From: Trichoplax adhaerens
Lineage: Eukaryota; Animalia; Placozoa
Direction of reading: 5' to 3'
Assembly (NCBI RefSeq): GCF_000150275.1
Contig: NW_002060950.1
Location: forward strand, 3,257,567 to 3,321,566
DNA: 64,000 nt
Shown here one piece after another: positions 12,596 through 25,990 of the stretch (positions are counted from its first letter, which is position 1; each line of letters begins with the position of its first letter). Position numbers and translations under genes: made by a program. The notes below the pieces were generated by a model, which worked only from the letters and a program-made list of their open reading frames with translations, did not search any database and was not told the origin of the DNA.

Positions 12596-15500
12596 CACAT
12601 AGTAGATATTACTGAAAAGACGCTCGTAATATGTCGTGTTATTATAGTATAATTCATTCATTTTCGAGCTTTTAATTTACCTTAACACATTATTGAATAC
12701 GATTAATAATTCAAGGCCAATGATATTTTTGAAGTCTCTGTTTATTGATAATTCAAATATTGATAATTTGCTAGTAGCTTGAATTTTGGAAATTCGTTAG
12801 ATATTTTTTCCAATATTTTGGTGAATATTATATTTGAGCTAAATGTTAGGAATTTTGAGCGTCTGGTGTCAATGATATTTTTAGCAATGCTACAGAAAGC
12901 ATCATATTTTTGGTATAAGAGCGTGCTTAAATTAATTTCTGCCCTGTAATCCGAAATAGCTATCATTAGATAACTTTTCTAGGAATTTACTGATAGGCTC
13001 TTATCTAAAATTGTTAACATCTCTGAATAGATAATTAAATATTTCTATACCATAGCTAAGTAAAGTTAGCTATTTTTACGTAGCAAGACCACAAATTGGT
13101 TGATTTTTCGATTTTCCTATAAAATTTGGGTACATAGGTTACTCTAGAAAAGATTTGTGGCCGTTATTACCTTTTAGCAATAGGTGTTTGTTAGTATTCA
13201 TTTTTAATGTTGGTAAATCTCGAGCAGAAATACCGTAATATTAGACTCTAGTAATTTACTTTATTTGTGCATTTTAGATTATTAACGGAATGATGTAGAA
13301 GAAAAAAATTATCTTATCGCTTAAATTAAAAATAAATATTGCTTTAAAACTTAATTCAATAAACTTTTTTTCAAATTAAAATTATGTTACTAACTACTAC
13401 GGTACTATTCATAACTGTCGGATCCAGTGAAATAAGCCGCAATGATTATAAACCGTATAGCAAGACCACATAAAACTTGTGGCCTAAAAACATCGCGAAT
13501 ACTACTAGTTAGCTGATGAGCTGTTAAGTAATGCCTTTTACTCCAATTTTAATATAGATTAGCACTTGGGAACAGTAAAAGGATCTTAGTTCTAAGTCCA
13601 AGATTCATTCCTTACTATCACATACGAAAATAGTTTACTCGATAGTATAAATAAGAAAATTTTGGCATTGCAGTAATTAATTATGCCTACAAGATGATAT
13701 TAGCTATACTGACTTTTAGATCGCATACAAGGAATCCGGCAATAACTGATTACTTATTACCCTTATATTTTTCTTACATTTATATCACGTTTATAAATTT
13801 TCTTATCTTGTTTTATGTAATTTCTTGGGTGCATGACTTCTTATCCAAATTAGTATACTTGCGTTCTCTAATGCTTTGATCAGGTAATACTCTAACACAA
13901 ATAATTAAGATTATTTCAAATTTGAGATCTTTGCATTAACGATATTATTAGTGCGTCTATTTCTATAGTATAAACTGGTTGGTGCTAGTAGCCAGATAGG
14001 TACCTTAACAAAGGTTTTCAAACTTTTGGAACGAGTCGGAAAGGTAATTTGTAGAAAAATAAGTTAAAGCATACCGACCATAATGAATTTCATAGCTGTG
14101 TCACTTTAATTTTAAAGATAATTTCAGTATAATAGCTGTATTATCGGTTATTTCACGTGATTACCAGTTGGTGTTCGGTTATCTGATACCTATAATTCTG
14201 AAATTCATAAGTTTATATCCACCAACTGAACAATTTTATTGATTATTTAATTAAAATGATGCTATATTGTTTTTAAATATTCGTTTACAACACAAAACAT
14301 TAATCAGTACTGTTTCTTTCTTCGAATTAATTATATTATCACTAATGAATAAATTCCTATACTAAGAAGAATCGACACATTAGCAGCTGATCTTTTTGTA
14401 TTTGTACATCGTTATAATAAATCGTCTTCTCAAAAATACAAAAGAACTACAGCTTCTTGTAAATTTTACTCTATTACATAGATTAGGTTCGTCTTACAAC
14501 TTCCAAGAACTATCCAGCTTCAATAGGACTATCTCTGAACTATATGAATTATCACAGCAATATTCACAATTGATATACAATTAGTTATACAAAGATTTTC
14601 TTTCAAGTAAAATCATATCTTACCAATTAAGTTACAGAATCATATCTGAATTTACAATCGTGCTATCAATTCATAATTCGCGCTTCTAATTTAAGCATCA
14701 CAATACAAATCTCACAGTACTAACATAATTAACGCTATCTATTATCATCTCAGATTCTTAATATAAGCATCTGAATTCAATTACTACAATACGTACCGTA
14801 AACATCTTCCACAATTAGACACTTATGCAGTCTTACAATCTAGCGTACAATTTAGCCTATTCTCGTGAATCTTGAATCGTAATCTAAGCTATATTTGGGA
14901 AGTGCACTACAATCGCTTAGGCAACTTTTCCATTATCACTATATTAAAATATTCAAAATTCCGCAAAGCACTAAACTAACGATTAGACTTAATTTACGTA
15001 CGCGTAATTTTTTGAAGTTATTAATAAGCAACTAGAACAGACAGCATAGCTTGATACTTTTTATTATGATGCTTTTCTGGTCAATTCATTTCTATTAAGC
15101 TTTGTTTTATATCATTCTGCTTATTCAGTGCATTTCTACGACTTTGTTTTCGCTATCTAGATCACTCTGAAGCTCTTGATACAAAAAGTTAATAAACTCC
15201 TAATTTGCCTACAGATCAAATGTTCAAGTTTGGGATATCTTAGAGTTTTTCGAAGGATTTTGGTCTTAATTTTAAGTTCGTAAAGTCATGTTACAATCCG
15301 AATTATGCTAAACTTATTTATTTCTATAATGTTAAAGTAATGATCCAAAATTATACCCTATCGTTAACGAAAAAAGGATTACAAAATATTCGAAAATTAC
15401 TTATCATGAAACTAAAAGTCTTGATGCCACTTTTTATAATTTATAATTGGTAAAACAGAACGCTCTATTAAGATATCTAAAAATGTTCGTAACAAATATG

Positions 15501-17528
15501 ATCATAGCATATTTACTTAATATTAGGAATAATCAATTTCTTACAAAAACATTAGTACGGAATTTAATATGAGATAAAGGATATAAATAACAGTAGAATA
15601 AGAATGCATACGTTTAATTAATTGATAAATTATCATACCATTTTGTATTATGAAAGAGAATACATAAACGCCATTTAGTATACTTAGCTAAGCTCTGTAA
15701 TATTGGATGTGGCAGAACTTTGATCTCATCCATGGGAAAAGTGTCGAGACTAGATGCTTATTTAATTAGTACTTATATCGATATAAATTTTTAAAGAACT
15801 TCATGAAACATACGCATGCAAATGATCCTTATTTTTTAGAATGAAAGTTTTCTTCAAGTCTATCACACCACTTTTAAATTTCTATTTGAAGACATTATGA
15901 TAAGCGTTGACTATTCGATTTTGAAGTTACGCTAGTTCAACTGAAACATTTCTATCATTATATAAATGATAAAGCTTAGACCAGGATAGTTTTCCGATGT
16001 TAAACCACGAAGAAATCATTTCTTTGGAGTATATATTATAATTTAGAAGTTGGCAAAGAAAAGTTAGGATAGTCTAAAGATACATTCTAGCTAAAGTATG
16101 TAATGATTTCACTAATGGTTAAAATTTTCTATTTCTTTACAGAAGTAGAACTGCTCGATTACTGCATGATGACTCCGATAATGGAGTAATTCTAGTGTTT
16201 TACTTATTTCGTGCTATAAAAACATATTTTGGGCCTTAGATATTTGTAGTACCGTATAAATTTTAAGATTCCTCCATATTTAACTAGCTAAGTAATACTC
16301 TAGTTATAAGTCCTAAGCACTAAAGAAATCAATAGTAATTTGTATGATGATTCTACAGTCCTAAGTATCAGGATAATTACCCAGTTTATCTTAGTCGAGT
16401 GTCGTTATACACAAACAGAACAATTAATATGCAAACAATGTTTTATCATCAGCAATTATGAAACTATCTTATAAGTACAGTAGACTATTCTACTTCTTAA
16501 TGCTACCTCACTTCAATTACTGCTGTAATTAGCTGAAAATACTACAATAGCTCACTCTTAAAGACCCTGATTTTTTGTCAGATACTGACAATCTTGTAAA
16601 TAGGATAGAAAATTAACTATCAGTTTACATAGATGACAGAAGTATCTTCAGACCTTAAATCATCTTTTTTCCAAAGACAAAGACAGTATTAGCTTCCTAT
16701 ATTTGTATCTAAGACAGATACTATGGGTAAAAGATTCCAGGCAAGGTTCGATTATCGTCCCCATCATTTTGTTTTCGTAATAAATTTTTTTATACCTCAT
16801 TACGTCACGAAGACGTGCTTAGAGCTGATTACTTTAATCATTTCCTTAAAAATATTGATCAATCTGCGATCAAATTTTTTTGTCAATAAAACTTCTCACT
16901 TGTAAGTTTATCAATTGGTTTCAACTAGCTGATTCGGTTAGAAATATGAGTAGCAGGTTCACTGAATAAAGTTGTTCTGTTTATTATAGTGCGATGTGAC
17001 TACTGATCGCGAGCTAATTAAAAGAATATTTCTTGGATTTTATAGCAGTATTTGCATACGTATTTTACTCAATCCTGAACCAGATTTGGGTCTTAATTTG
17101 TGGAAATAATTGTGGCTAAATGCTTTACATCAGTTTGGTAAACTCATCGTTTAGCAAATTTTCTCTAAAGCTACTTAAGAGTAATGAAAGCATATTAGAA
17201 TATTATCGCGTGTTTAAATTTTAAATCTTAGTTACCGAGAGAATTTTGGTTCTATATTGTAATTGACACAGTCTTTCAAGTAAAATAATACAATTTGTAG
17301 TTTTCTAGACAAAACAACAATCTGTATCCCTACGTTATGAAAAATAGAATTACCAATATTGCAATAAAAGATTTCCCTATAAAAAAGTTATGTTTAAGTA
17401 ATTACGTCCAATAATTACAACAAGAAATACATTTCTCGATAACAGCAAACTTCCTGATATAACAGTGGTTGCTATATTGTCTCTACATTCTTTATAAAAA
17501 AATTCGCAAACAAAGGAAAAATCAAATA

Positions 17529-17747
17529 NNNNNNNNNNNNNNNNNNNNNNNNNNNNNNNNNNNNNNNNNNNNNNNNNNNNNNNNNNNNNNNNNNNNNNNN
17601 NNNNNNNNNNNNNNNNNNNNNNNNNNNNNNNNNNNNNNNNNNNNNNNNNNNNNNNNNNNNNNNNNNNNNNNNNNNNNNNNNNNNNNNNNNNNNNNNNNNN
17701 NNNNNNNNNNNNNNNNNNNNNNNNNNNNNNNNNNNNNNNNNNNNNNN
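17529..17747. other. Assembly gap (N run) ending 5 bp before the ATG of the next GPCR
   Basis: Run of N characters. Confidence 1.
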
Positions 17748-17752
17748 TAAAT

Positions 17753-18784
17753 ATGTCTAACGTTTCAACATGTAATGAAAGTAATATTGGTAATTTCTGC
17801 AATCGTTCAAGGTATTTCAGTGAGCACATGCTTATATTATCAGCAACAACTCTCGTTCTTGGTGGTATTATTGGGATTTTTCCGAATGTAATTATAGTTG
17901 TAACCGTTTATCGCAATAAATCATTCCGAAAGCCAACTTACTTCTTCATAACTAATTTAGCAGTCTGCGATTTGATGCAAAGCGCGGCAACGGTATTCAA
18001 TTTATTTTTAACGGCCATAGACAGACAATTTCAATTGCCATTAAGTGTTTTAACTGTTTTATGTAAAATATTTGCCATCTTTCTAAAATATTGGTCCTAT
18101 ACCGCCTCTATGCAGACATTAATCATCATCAGCGGTGAAAGATACCACGCCATTTTTCGACCCACTAGAAAGCTTTCAACAAAGAGAGCTAGATCGTTAT
18201 GTTTTCTTTCATGGGTAATATCGTTCGCAATAGCATTTCCATATCTAATAACGGCTTCAGCCCTCAATAATAAACCAAAAATTTGCGTTGCGTATCAAAA
18301 TTATACAGAATGGACGACTGTAATCAATATTATTCTATTTATTTTCCAATTTATGCTTCCTGCAATTATTATGATCATTTTATACTCTCTTATACTACGT
18401 CATCTAAAAAGAAAGAGTAGAATATTACAAAAGGAATCGAATGCAAACAAAAAGGTAAAGCAACGAACTGTTTATATGTTAATGACCACTACATTTTTTT
18501 ATTTTATATTTGCTACTCCTTGGGCTATATCTCTAGTTACTATCTTCACAACGCGTAGATTACCTTTCAATTTAGGAAGAGATAGAAGCAATCCACTACT
18601 GCAAACTATTATGGGAATAAGTAGAATGTCATTGCCGTATACTACATTATATAATTCAATAATTTACTGCATTTTCAATCACAAAATGAGACGGATATTT
18701 TTTCCATGCTTTCATCGCTCAACAAGATTTAAAGTGAAGCATGTTCATTCCGTTGGACCTAATGTAACATTAACGCCAAGCTAA
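17753..18784 (+). CDS. Intronless class A GPCR, cluster member (343 aa)
   Basis: GIFPN, NLAVCD, CK...YWSYTAS...SGERY, FQFMLP, ATPW, YNSIIYCIFN. N-terminal length matches the paralogues, so the ORF is probably complete despite the upstream gap. Confidence 0.93.
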   Translation: MSNVSTCNESNIGNFCNRSRYFSEHMLILSATTLVLGGIIGIFPNVIIVVTVYRNKSFRKPTYFFITNLAVCDLMQSAATVFNLFLTAIDRQFQLPLSVLTVLCKIFAIFLKYWSYTASMQTLIIISGERYHAIFRPTRKLSTKRARSLCFLSWVISFAIAFPYLITASALNNKPKICVAYQNYTEWTTVINIILFIFQFMLPAIIMIILYSLILRHLKRKSRILQKESNANKKVKQRTVYMLMTTTFFYFIFATPWAISLVTIFTTRRLPFNLGRDRSNPLLQTIMGISRMSLPYTTLYNSIIYCIFNHKMRRIFFPCFHRSTRFKVKHVHSVGPNVTLTPS

Positions 18785-19925
18785 AAACGGATTATAAAAA
18801 TAAGTACGTCATCAAAATTGTCAATATAAATTTAGTAAGTCCTGACATCTGTAAATCACGGAGTAAAATTAGGAAAAGTGATGCAATTTAACCAATACCT
18901 TGACCTTATATTATAAACGTCAAAATACTGCACTGTAAATTGTCCGTTACCTATCGTTGATAACTTTACGAGGTATATTACGAAATATTATAATTTTATA
19001 TGGCTAATTGATTTGATAATACTTAATTAGAATTTTAATATTAACCCTATCAGTGATTAAAGTGTTTAAACTTCACAACTGTAGAATAAATTTATACAAC
19101 TTACCGATTAATTAATAATTATAGAATATTGCTATCCCATGTATATGTTGTTACTTATTGAATTAACTTATTAAAATCAATACCACCAATTATTTAATTA
19201 GTCTATAAAAATATTCATAAATAAATGTGCAGAGCCAATATCATGCTTCTGATCTAAGGAATATGGTAAATTTAATTATCGAGTAACAAAAGCAGAAGTA
19301 GATTTCTAGCCAACGTTCGCGCTTAAGCGTAAATTTGGAAATTAAAGTATCTTAATAACACTCGACAGTTAAGCATGGTATATTTAATTTGTGATGAGAA
19401 ATCTGTATAGTTGAAAACAGCTATGTCTCAATAGGCACCCATTTATTTCTATTCTCGCTACATAGCATCAAATATAGATCAGAACTATCCGATCTAGGAA
19501 AATAGGTTATTTAGTAAAACCTCAACGATAAATAGAAAGATGGCAACACTAGTCCATAGGAGAGTAGTGTTGCCAGAGATACGATATTGAGGCGTTATAA
19601 GAGAGCTCAGTCTGAGATGTAGCAGTGTAATGGTATATTTCGATTACGAGATCTTAGTTGCTATTGTAACGTTCAACAATAAAACTGAGTATTAAATAAT
19701 TTTTATCTGCTAACATCGGAAGAAAATTTATTGACTAGCTGTTTCATAATAAGGATGGATATGGTGCATATTACATCGGGATTATTATTGAGAAAAATTC
19801 GTTTTTCCTCCCTCCATAATAACATTAGAAATAGGCTAAGATAAAACAGACAGTCGAAAATAAACTTTGATATCATATACCTCTTTAATGATAATATCAT
19901 ACAGCTTAATAATCACAGTAGCTTA

Positions 19926-20818
19926 AAGTATGAACTTATGTGAAAAATTAAGTGAGTAAATTTGGTGACGTAGCATTTACATATGGTAATTACAATTAGT
20001 TGCTTACATTAAGAATCACTAGAGTTATAATGAGTTACAGTAAATTATATGTTGTACTGTAATGCAATTATTATATAATACTGGAATGCAGTACAAGATC
20101 CTGTAATTGAAATTCTGACTAATGATAGATTGCAGGTGTATTGAAAAGACTCTGTGAGTGGACATACTGCAGTCCTGTTGCATTTAGATTGCTATTCATC
20201 TGACGTTGGTAATTATAATTATAGGCACTCCGATTAATTATTAGCTAGGTAGTGAGACACAATATTAACCAACGCACGATGACGTTCAGAAATTAAAATT
20301 ACTTCTATTTTACTCACGGGTGGTAAGACGTAATTCGGCTCGGCTTCACTCTAAATATAACTTCGGATGTGATCAGTAATCCTAAATGCAGTCTGATGAC
20401 TAAGACAAACTCTTCACTACTTCAGAATAGAATCGACCATATTAAGAAGCCGTGCTAATTAAACACCTGCGGCAGATTGCACACAAGTAACAGAATATCC
20501 AAAGTACTAGTAAACCAGTATAATGTATATATATATATATTAATATATAACAAAATCACAAGTCCAATTAGGTAAAATTAGTCAGTAGATGTTCATATCG
20601 ATACTTGTTGGGGTAAGATGATTTATCAATGTTAGCCACTACCGAAAATTATTTTAGTTCAGTAGACCAAAGAATAAAATTAGTTCTCTAGTTTTATAAC
20701 GTAGAGGTAAAGGCGTCTTAGAACTTATGAGTAGTCAAGGAATACTGAATCTCGAAAGCTTTCGAAAATTGAGAAATTTTTCTTTAAGTAAACCTTGTCG
20801 CAAATCTGATTTATGATA
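19926..20818 (+). mobile_element. Diverged family E element interrupted by element F (left boundary approximate)
   Basis: Similar to 38781-39217 on both sides of 20176-20560, including the AACGTAGA...AAGGCGTCT motif and the ...GTCGCAAATCTGATTTATGATA end. Confidence 0.7.
20176..20560. mobile_element. Family F solo-LTR-like element (385 bp), TSD AGTCC
   Basis: TGTTGC...ATCACA termini; AGTCC at 20171-20175 and 20561-20565; removing it rejoins the host E sequence. Confidence 0.8.
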
Positions 20819-22700
20819 GCATATTACAGGAAAGCAGAGCTTTAGATAACAGTCAGATTCGGCCTTTTAGTACATAATACAAAAATTACAAGTACTTACA
20901 ATATAATCGGTTATAAGCTTATAAAATTTATTTAATTTCGTAATCATTTCAGCTAATTGTAGTAGTGCAGTATGTGGCTGTTACAGCACTATGTTGCTTA
21001 AATTATAGACTTTAAAAAAGTATATTTGCAGGCAGTGTTTCAGTTTTATAGTATAGGAAATGCTAGGATTTGTTGTACTTATAACTTTAGGAATTTATAT
21101 TCTATAGTAAATTAATAATACTCTTGCTTTACTCGAAAAATGAAAGCTGTGAACGCTATTTGTAATGTGATACATTTACTAGCCAAAAAGATTTTGTGAT
21201 TACGTTCGTAATTTAGATAAGATTATTCTTATAAATAAGTTTATCTTTTTATCTAATTACATCATTAAGGTGTGTCAGGTATTTCTTTGCTAAGGTAAGC
21301 GGTTATTTATGAGTGTATTTATTTGGTTTAAATCTATTGATTTTAAAGGAGAACGGTAAGTAGTGAGTTGCCGAGTAAATCTTTTTCTAGATTATAGTAC
21401 AGCACCACGTTTTTACTGGTTATGAGCCTTTAAAAGGTAGTTCTTAGGCGTTACAGTAGCATTACCATATTCTTACTGGATCTTGTGATAGATTAGGGTA
21501 GTGATCTGTAGAAGCAGCTCAAAGTGCTTTACGTTAGACTACTAAACTTGTCAGGAAGTAGTCCGTGACAGTGGCTATAAGGATGAGATGATGCTCTTTT
21601 ACTCTTTCTAGTATAAGACTAGGATTCTCCAGTTAATGCCATATCTGATAGCAAAACGTAGGATTGTGTGTAGACTGTCTTCCATATAAGAGTTAAAGTA
21701 TAATTATCCGGTTTATCTTAGCAAGATATTAAAATGAGGTTTTACAGTCTCGAATTAGTATGTCAGCTACAGAATAGAAGCATTTATTAGTGCCGTTTGT
21801 ATAGAAGTGATTTGTGTGCAGATTTGCCTAAGTGGTGTTATCCGGTTTGTCTTAGTCGTTTCCAACTGTTCTTAAGAGGAAAAGAAATTAGAAATCTTCT
21901 CCGATAGACGGACGCATTAATAAATGTAGTTATTCAAGGCTATTTTTTTCGGTATTGACCTTCGTGTATCACATTAGCAATTACTCAATTTTTTTAATTC
22001 AAATTCAGGTTACTTAAATGAACCTACGGCAATAACAAGAGATTATTACTCGGTTACAACAAATATGTAAGGTATAGTTTATTCATAGTAAAAGTTAATT
22101 TCTACTGCGTTGTAATAAAACTCCATATTTTTGTGCTCCATATTTATTATTTACACCGTAGATTTCTATTTATACTTCAATCCGATTATACCATGGAAAT
22201 CTTCAAACATAAAAGAAACTTTTCTAATTTCTCAATCGCGTTTGCAAATAATTTCCTCCAGGTAAGATTGTTGCATAATAATACCTATCTTAATGCATTT
22301 ATCTAGTTCGCTAATTCTGCTGGTTACGTAGCAAGCTTGGACGCTTTGCCTAGTCTACTTTACAAGCTACAACCTAATATTATTTTCCTTTTCACACTCG
22401 TTAGCTGCAGCAAAGACTAATACTTCGGTTACTTATCCTCGTATAAATTCTTGCGATTTTGTGGATAAGCAATTTTTGACAGTATCACACACAGTCAATG
22501 CGGATTCGAGCACAAATTTTGCCCTGTTAGCACTTAAGGTTACGAAGTCAGATGCAACCAATCCAACATAAAAAAATAATATTTATTGAAGTGTTGCTAT
22601 TAAGCGTGATTGTCAAGGTATTATAATTGCCATGGCGAGAAAATTAAATTAAATTATATTAAAATATAATGACAATATAATGACAATAGACATCTTATAC

Positions 22701-22850
22701 TAAATATTGTGATGATTGATATTTAGAATTAAAATTTAGTAAAAATAGATACGTTAAGTTAAGATATTGTGATAATTGATATTTTGTCCGAATATATAGT
22801 CCAAATGGAGAAATTATGTAAAGATATAGCGATAATTAATTAATATTTAA
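22701..22850. repeat. Degenerate ~60-bp-period tandem repeat (core AAGATATTGTGATAATTGATATTT x3)
   Basis: Cores at about 22702, 22761 and 22821. Confidence 0.5.
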
Positions 22851-24122
22851 AAATACTAATGTACGAATTTCTTAGACTAATCACTAAATTATAATCTGTT
22901 AGTAAATTTAAAAAAAACTACGGTATTAAAACATACCGTAAATAGGCAAATTAGGAGAAAAAACAAAAATGATTTAATTTTTATCGACACATCTTCTATT
23001 ACTCACTTTTGAAGACTTTGTTACGCCAAACAACTAGAGAAATATTTACAAAGTATGGTACAGTTACTTGACTAGCAGCACCTAACGTTGTAGTCTCTGA
23101 TGTTGTATACCATAGCTATACAATATTAGTAAAAGAACAATAAAAGTTTACAAGGTAAAAGAAGACCTCCTGTATTACTAATGTGGTTATGATATTAATA
23201 TGTTCCTTGGTATGTATCACGTCGCTAGATACGAGTAGCTATAATTTGATATGTATTATACGTAGAGTGATAATTGCAACACTATTCAAGGAGTAGTCCC
23301 ATCACTAATAACTCGAGCCTTTTTTAGAAGTGCATCTTATTATAAATTAAGGTTATAATTTATTTTACTCAAGCTAAACTGCTGATTTTGGGCTTTTAAC
23401 AGCATTAGATTAATACCTTGACTATAGGATGTAAGCTTATGCTATATGATTTCGTATGGAAATGATTGCTTGTAAAAATAATCGAAGTCTGTTTGTGAGG
23501 TTGATAGATCAAGAATCTTCAAAAAACTTTAGTAAATTAAGATTTATTGAACAAAACCTCCTTTACGAAGATACAACGTAATCAATTAGCTGAGAACCTC
23601 TAACGGGAAAGAACTAACTTACTATACTAAACTACTCGCTTATATACCTTTCCGCGTTTACAGTCTTAGCACCTTACTTACTACACACTTCAGTATTAGC
23701 ATCTCGAATACAGGCTAGTTTACACCTTTCATGTGAAGCTCTCATGTGAGCACTGTAGCGCTCCTCTTCAAAAGGATTACAGCTACTAAGCTAGCTATAT
23801 TTAATACTTAAGCTTCTAACGAGTATATCTATCACATGTTGAACACAACACCTACGGTAGACATTACTAAATATATCATCAACTTAGAATACAATATTAC
23901 ACTGTCTTACACTGTTTTATCTTAGCCGTTTTCGATTAATTATATGAGAGGTGCAAATTGAATTCACTCTCACGGACAGGCGGAATAATAAACGTAGGTT
24001 TTAAGCTACTCTCTCGGTTGTGACGGTTTATAGCATTTCATAAGGATTTGCTTAACTTCAATATCTCAGATTAAGAGTTAGAGGTCACGAACCTATAGTA
24101 ATAGTAAAAGACTATCACTCGG

Positions 24123-24753
24123 TGTTACGATACACTGCTCGTTTTGATATTAATTTGTTATAGCTTGTGTAGATTAGGATTAACTTGATTAAATAATATA
24201 CTGTTAATGTTGTTGTTGATCAAATGTTTAAGGTGTTAGACCGTCATGTTTGTGATAAAAGCTTAACACTTTATTAGTCTACTGTTAGCTGCTAACAATA
24301 CATGTTAGTAATTAATTTTCCTTACTGAAACCTTAGTGATATATCTTATTATGATGCATATATACTTTTAGAAGGGTGTTTTTGTTGTTTTCGCACCTGA
24401 TCTTCCACGAGAACATAAAAGACCGGTGTCTGAAGATTGAGCTCTTCAGTTAGGGCGTACGTCAGTCTAGTCTAGTCTAGTTGAACATAGTTCGATAGCT
24501 AGTAGAGATAGTAGAGGTAGCTTGCTGGTTGAACTAATAATTTTAATTTGTGTAAGTTCTCTTAAGTAACAAATATAGAAATAATTCTTTTATCACCTTG
24601 TTCACTGATTGTAGTGCTACAGCTATAGTAGTATTCGGTCGTTGGGACTATTGCACGTGGTACTATAGCAAATCATGTCTCTTAGAGTTAGTAGGAGATG
24701 TTCTTTATTAGCGTTAGTGTGTGGACATACTTTGTTACTAGTGGACGGTAACA
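24123..24753. mobile_element. Family C solo-LTR-like element (631 bp), TSD CTCGG
   Basis: TGTTAC...GTAACA perfect 6-bp terminal inverted repeat; CTCGG at 24118-24122 and 24754-24758; related short copy at 49898. Confidence 0.85.
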
Positions 24754-25500
24754 CTCGGCCATCGCAAAGATTTAATATTTAAAATTAATTCTAGCCCTTT
24801 ATTATTAGTAGATGCTACAAATAATAAATCCAAACAATTCTTATACATAATTAATTGAATCCTTAAGGCGAGCAACATGCCACTTGATTTTAAATTGTAT
24901 TCAATAATTTTTAGGAATAGTCTACCTTTTGAATTTGATTTTTAATTTAGACTACTTAATATTTAGCAGCAATCAACTGGTCAAGTTCCATGAAAGCCCA
25001 AAAAAATAATAACGTTTTTTCCGAAAAATACAGATTAGCGTTTTTGTTGGGAAGATCGAAGAGTTTTTGATTAGTTTTGATCATATTACTTGCTGGAGGC
25101 ATATCGTTATGATTTATTTTTGTTTTTTCATTGACCAAAAGGTGACTTCTAATTTTTCTAACGAAATGAATTGAATACTTTGACGGATCTGAAGATCTAG
25201 TCATTATTAATTACTGTATCTCAATACTAGATTTAGTAGGTATGCTTTAGATCGGACTAGAAATCGAATTAATTGTGGATTCCGTAAGTACATATATTAC
25301 TAGAACATCAACGCACATTAATATAAGTAACTATGATTCATCTCCTCCATTTAAGATTAGATACATTCTAAACTTAGTTAAGATCAATCTACAATACAAC
25401 GCCCCTAGTTAGTGACTTGTTCACCGTTTGTCTACCAGGTAATAATTACGTTCCAAAAGGTTATGTAGCAAATGATAGAGTTAATTTTAGATGTTGTCAA

Positions 25501-25990
25501 TGTCACACTATAAACTATCGTGAAAAATAGATGGTCAAAATTTAGTGAATTTAACATTCGTATACAGTGATAGCAATTAAATACTCGCAGGAGAAATCTT
25601 TTAATTATAATTCACTACAGCAAATTATTCGTTGAGCTCAATAAGAATTTAATATAGTAACTAAGATCAATAGAGTATAGTATGGTCTTAGTAATTATAA
25701 GTTGGATTGATAGCAAATAGTTGGTTATATTTAAATGGCTTTGTGAATAGATCGACCGTAGTCTAACTGTCTGAAAAGTTACTGAGTAAATGTCTACTTC
25801 CACGAATGCTATCGTATTAGTTCAGCTGCTGAACTAAGAGCAATTGTTAGAATGTTTGAACGACTGTGATCACTTATAGTATCGATTCTGGTAGATTGAC
25901 AAATAAATTAATTCTCTAGTATCGTAACGTTAAAGAAACGGCGTCTGAATTTCTATAAATTGTTATAGGATACTAGTTCCCAGAAACTCC
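25501..25990 (+). mobile_element. Old, diverged family E copy (3' end approximate)
   Basis: Begins TGTCACACTATAAACTATCGTGAAAAATAG like the E start; carries AATTCTCTAGT...AACGTTAAAGAAACGGCGTCTGAATT at about 25910-25950; no TSD found. Confidence 0.6.

Noticed and set aside
13231-13404. Tc1/mariner-type MITE bounded by TACCGTA...TACGGTA
   Set aside because: The inverted match is only about 7 bp and no second copy was found.
14396-14804. Additional solo-LTR-like element ending ...GTACCGTAAACA
   Set aside because: Only a 4/5, one-base-offset TSD and no convincing second copy in the window.
17377-17829. ORFs of 150 and 93 aa spanning the N run (also 63109-63318)
   Set aside because: Artefacts of translating through assembly gaps.
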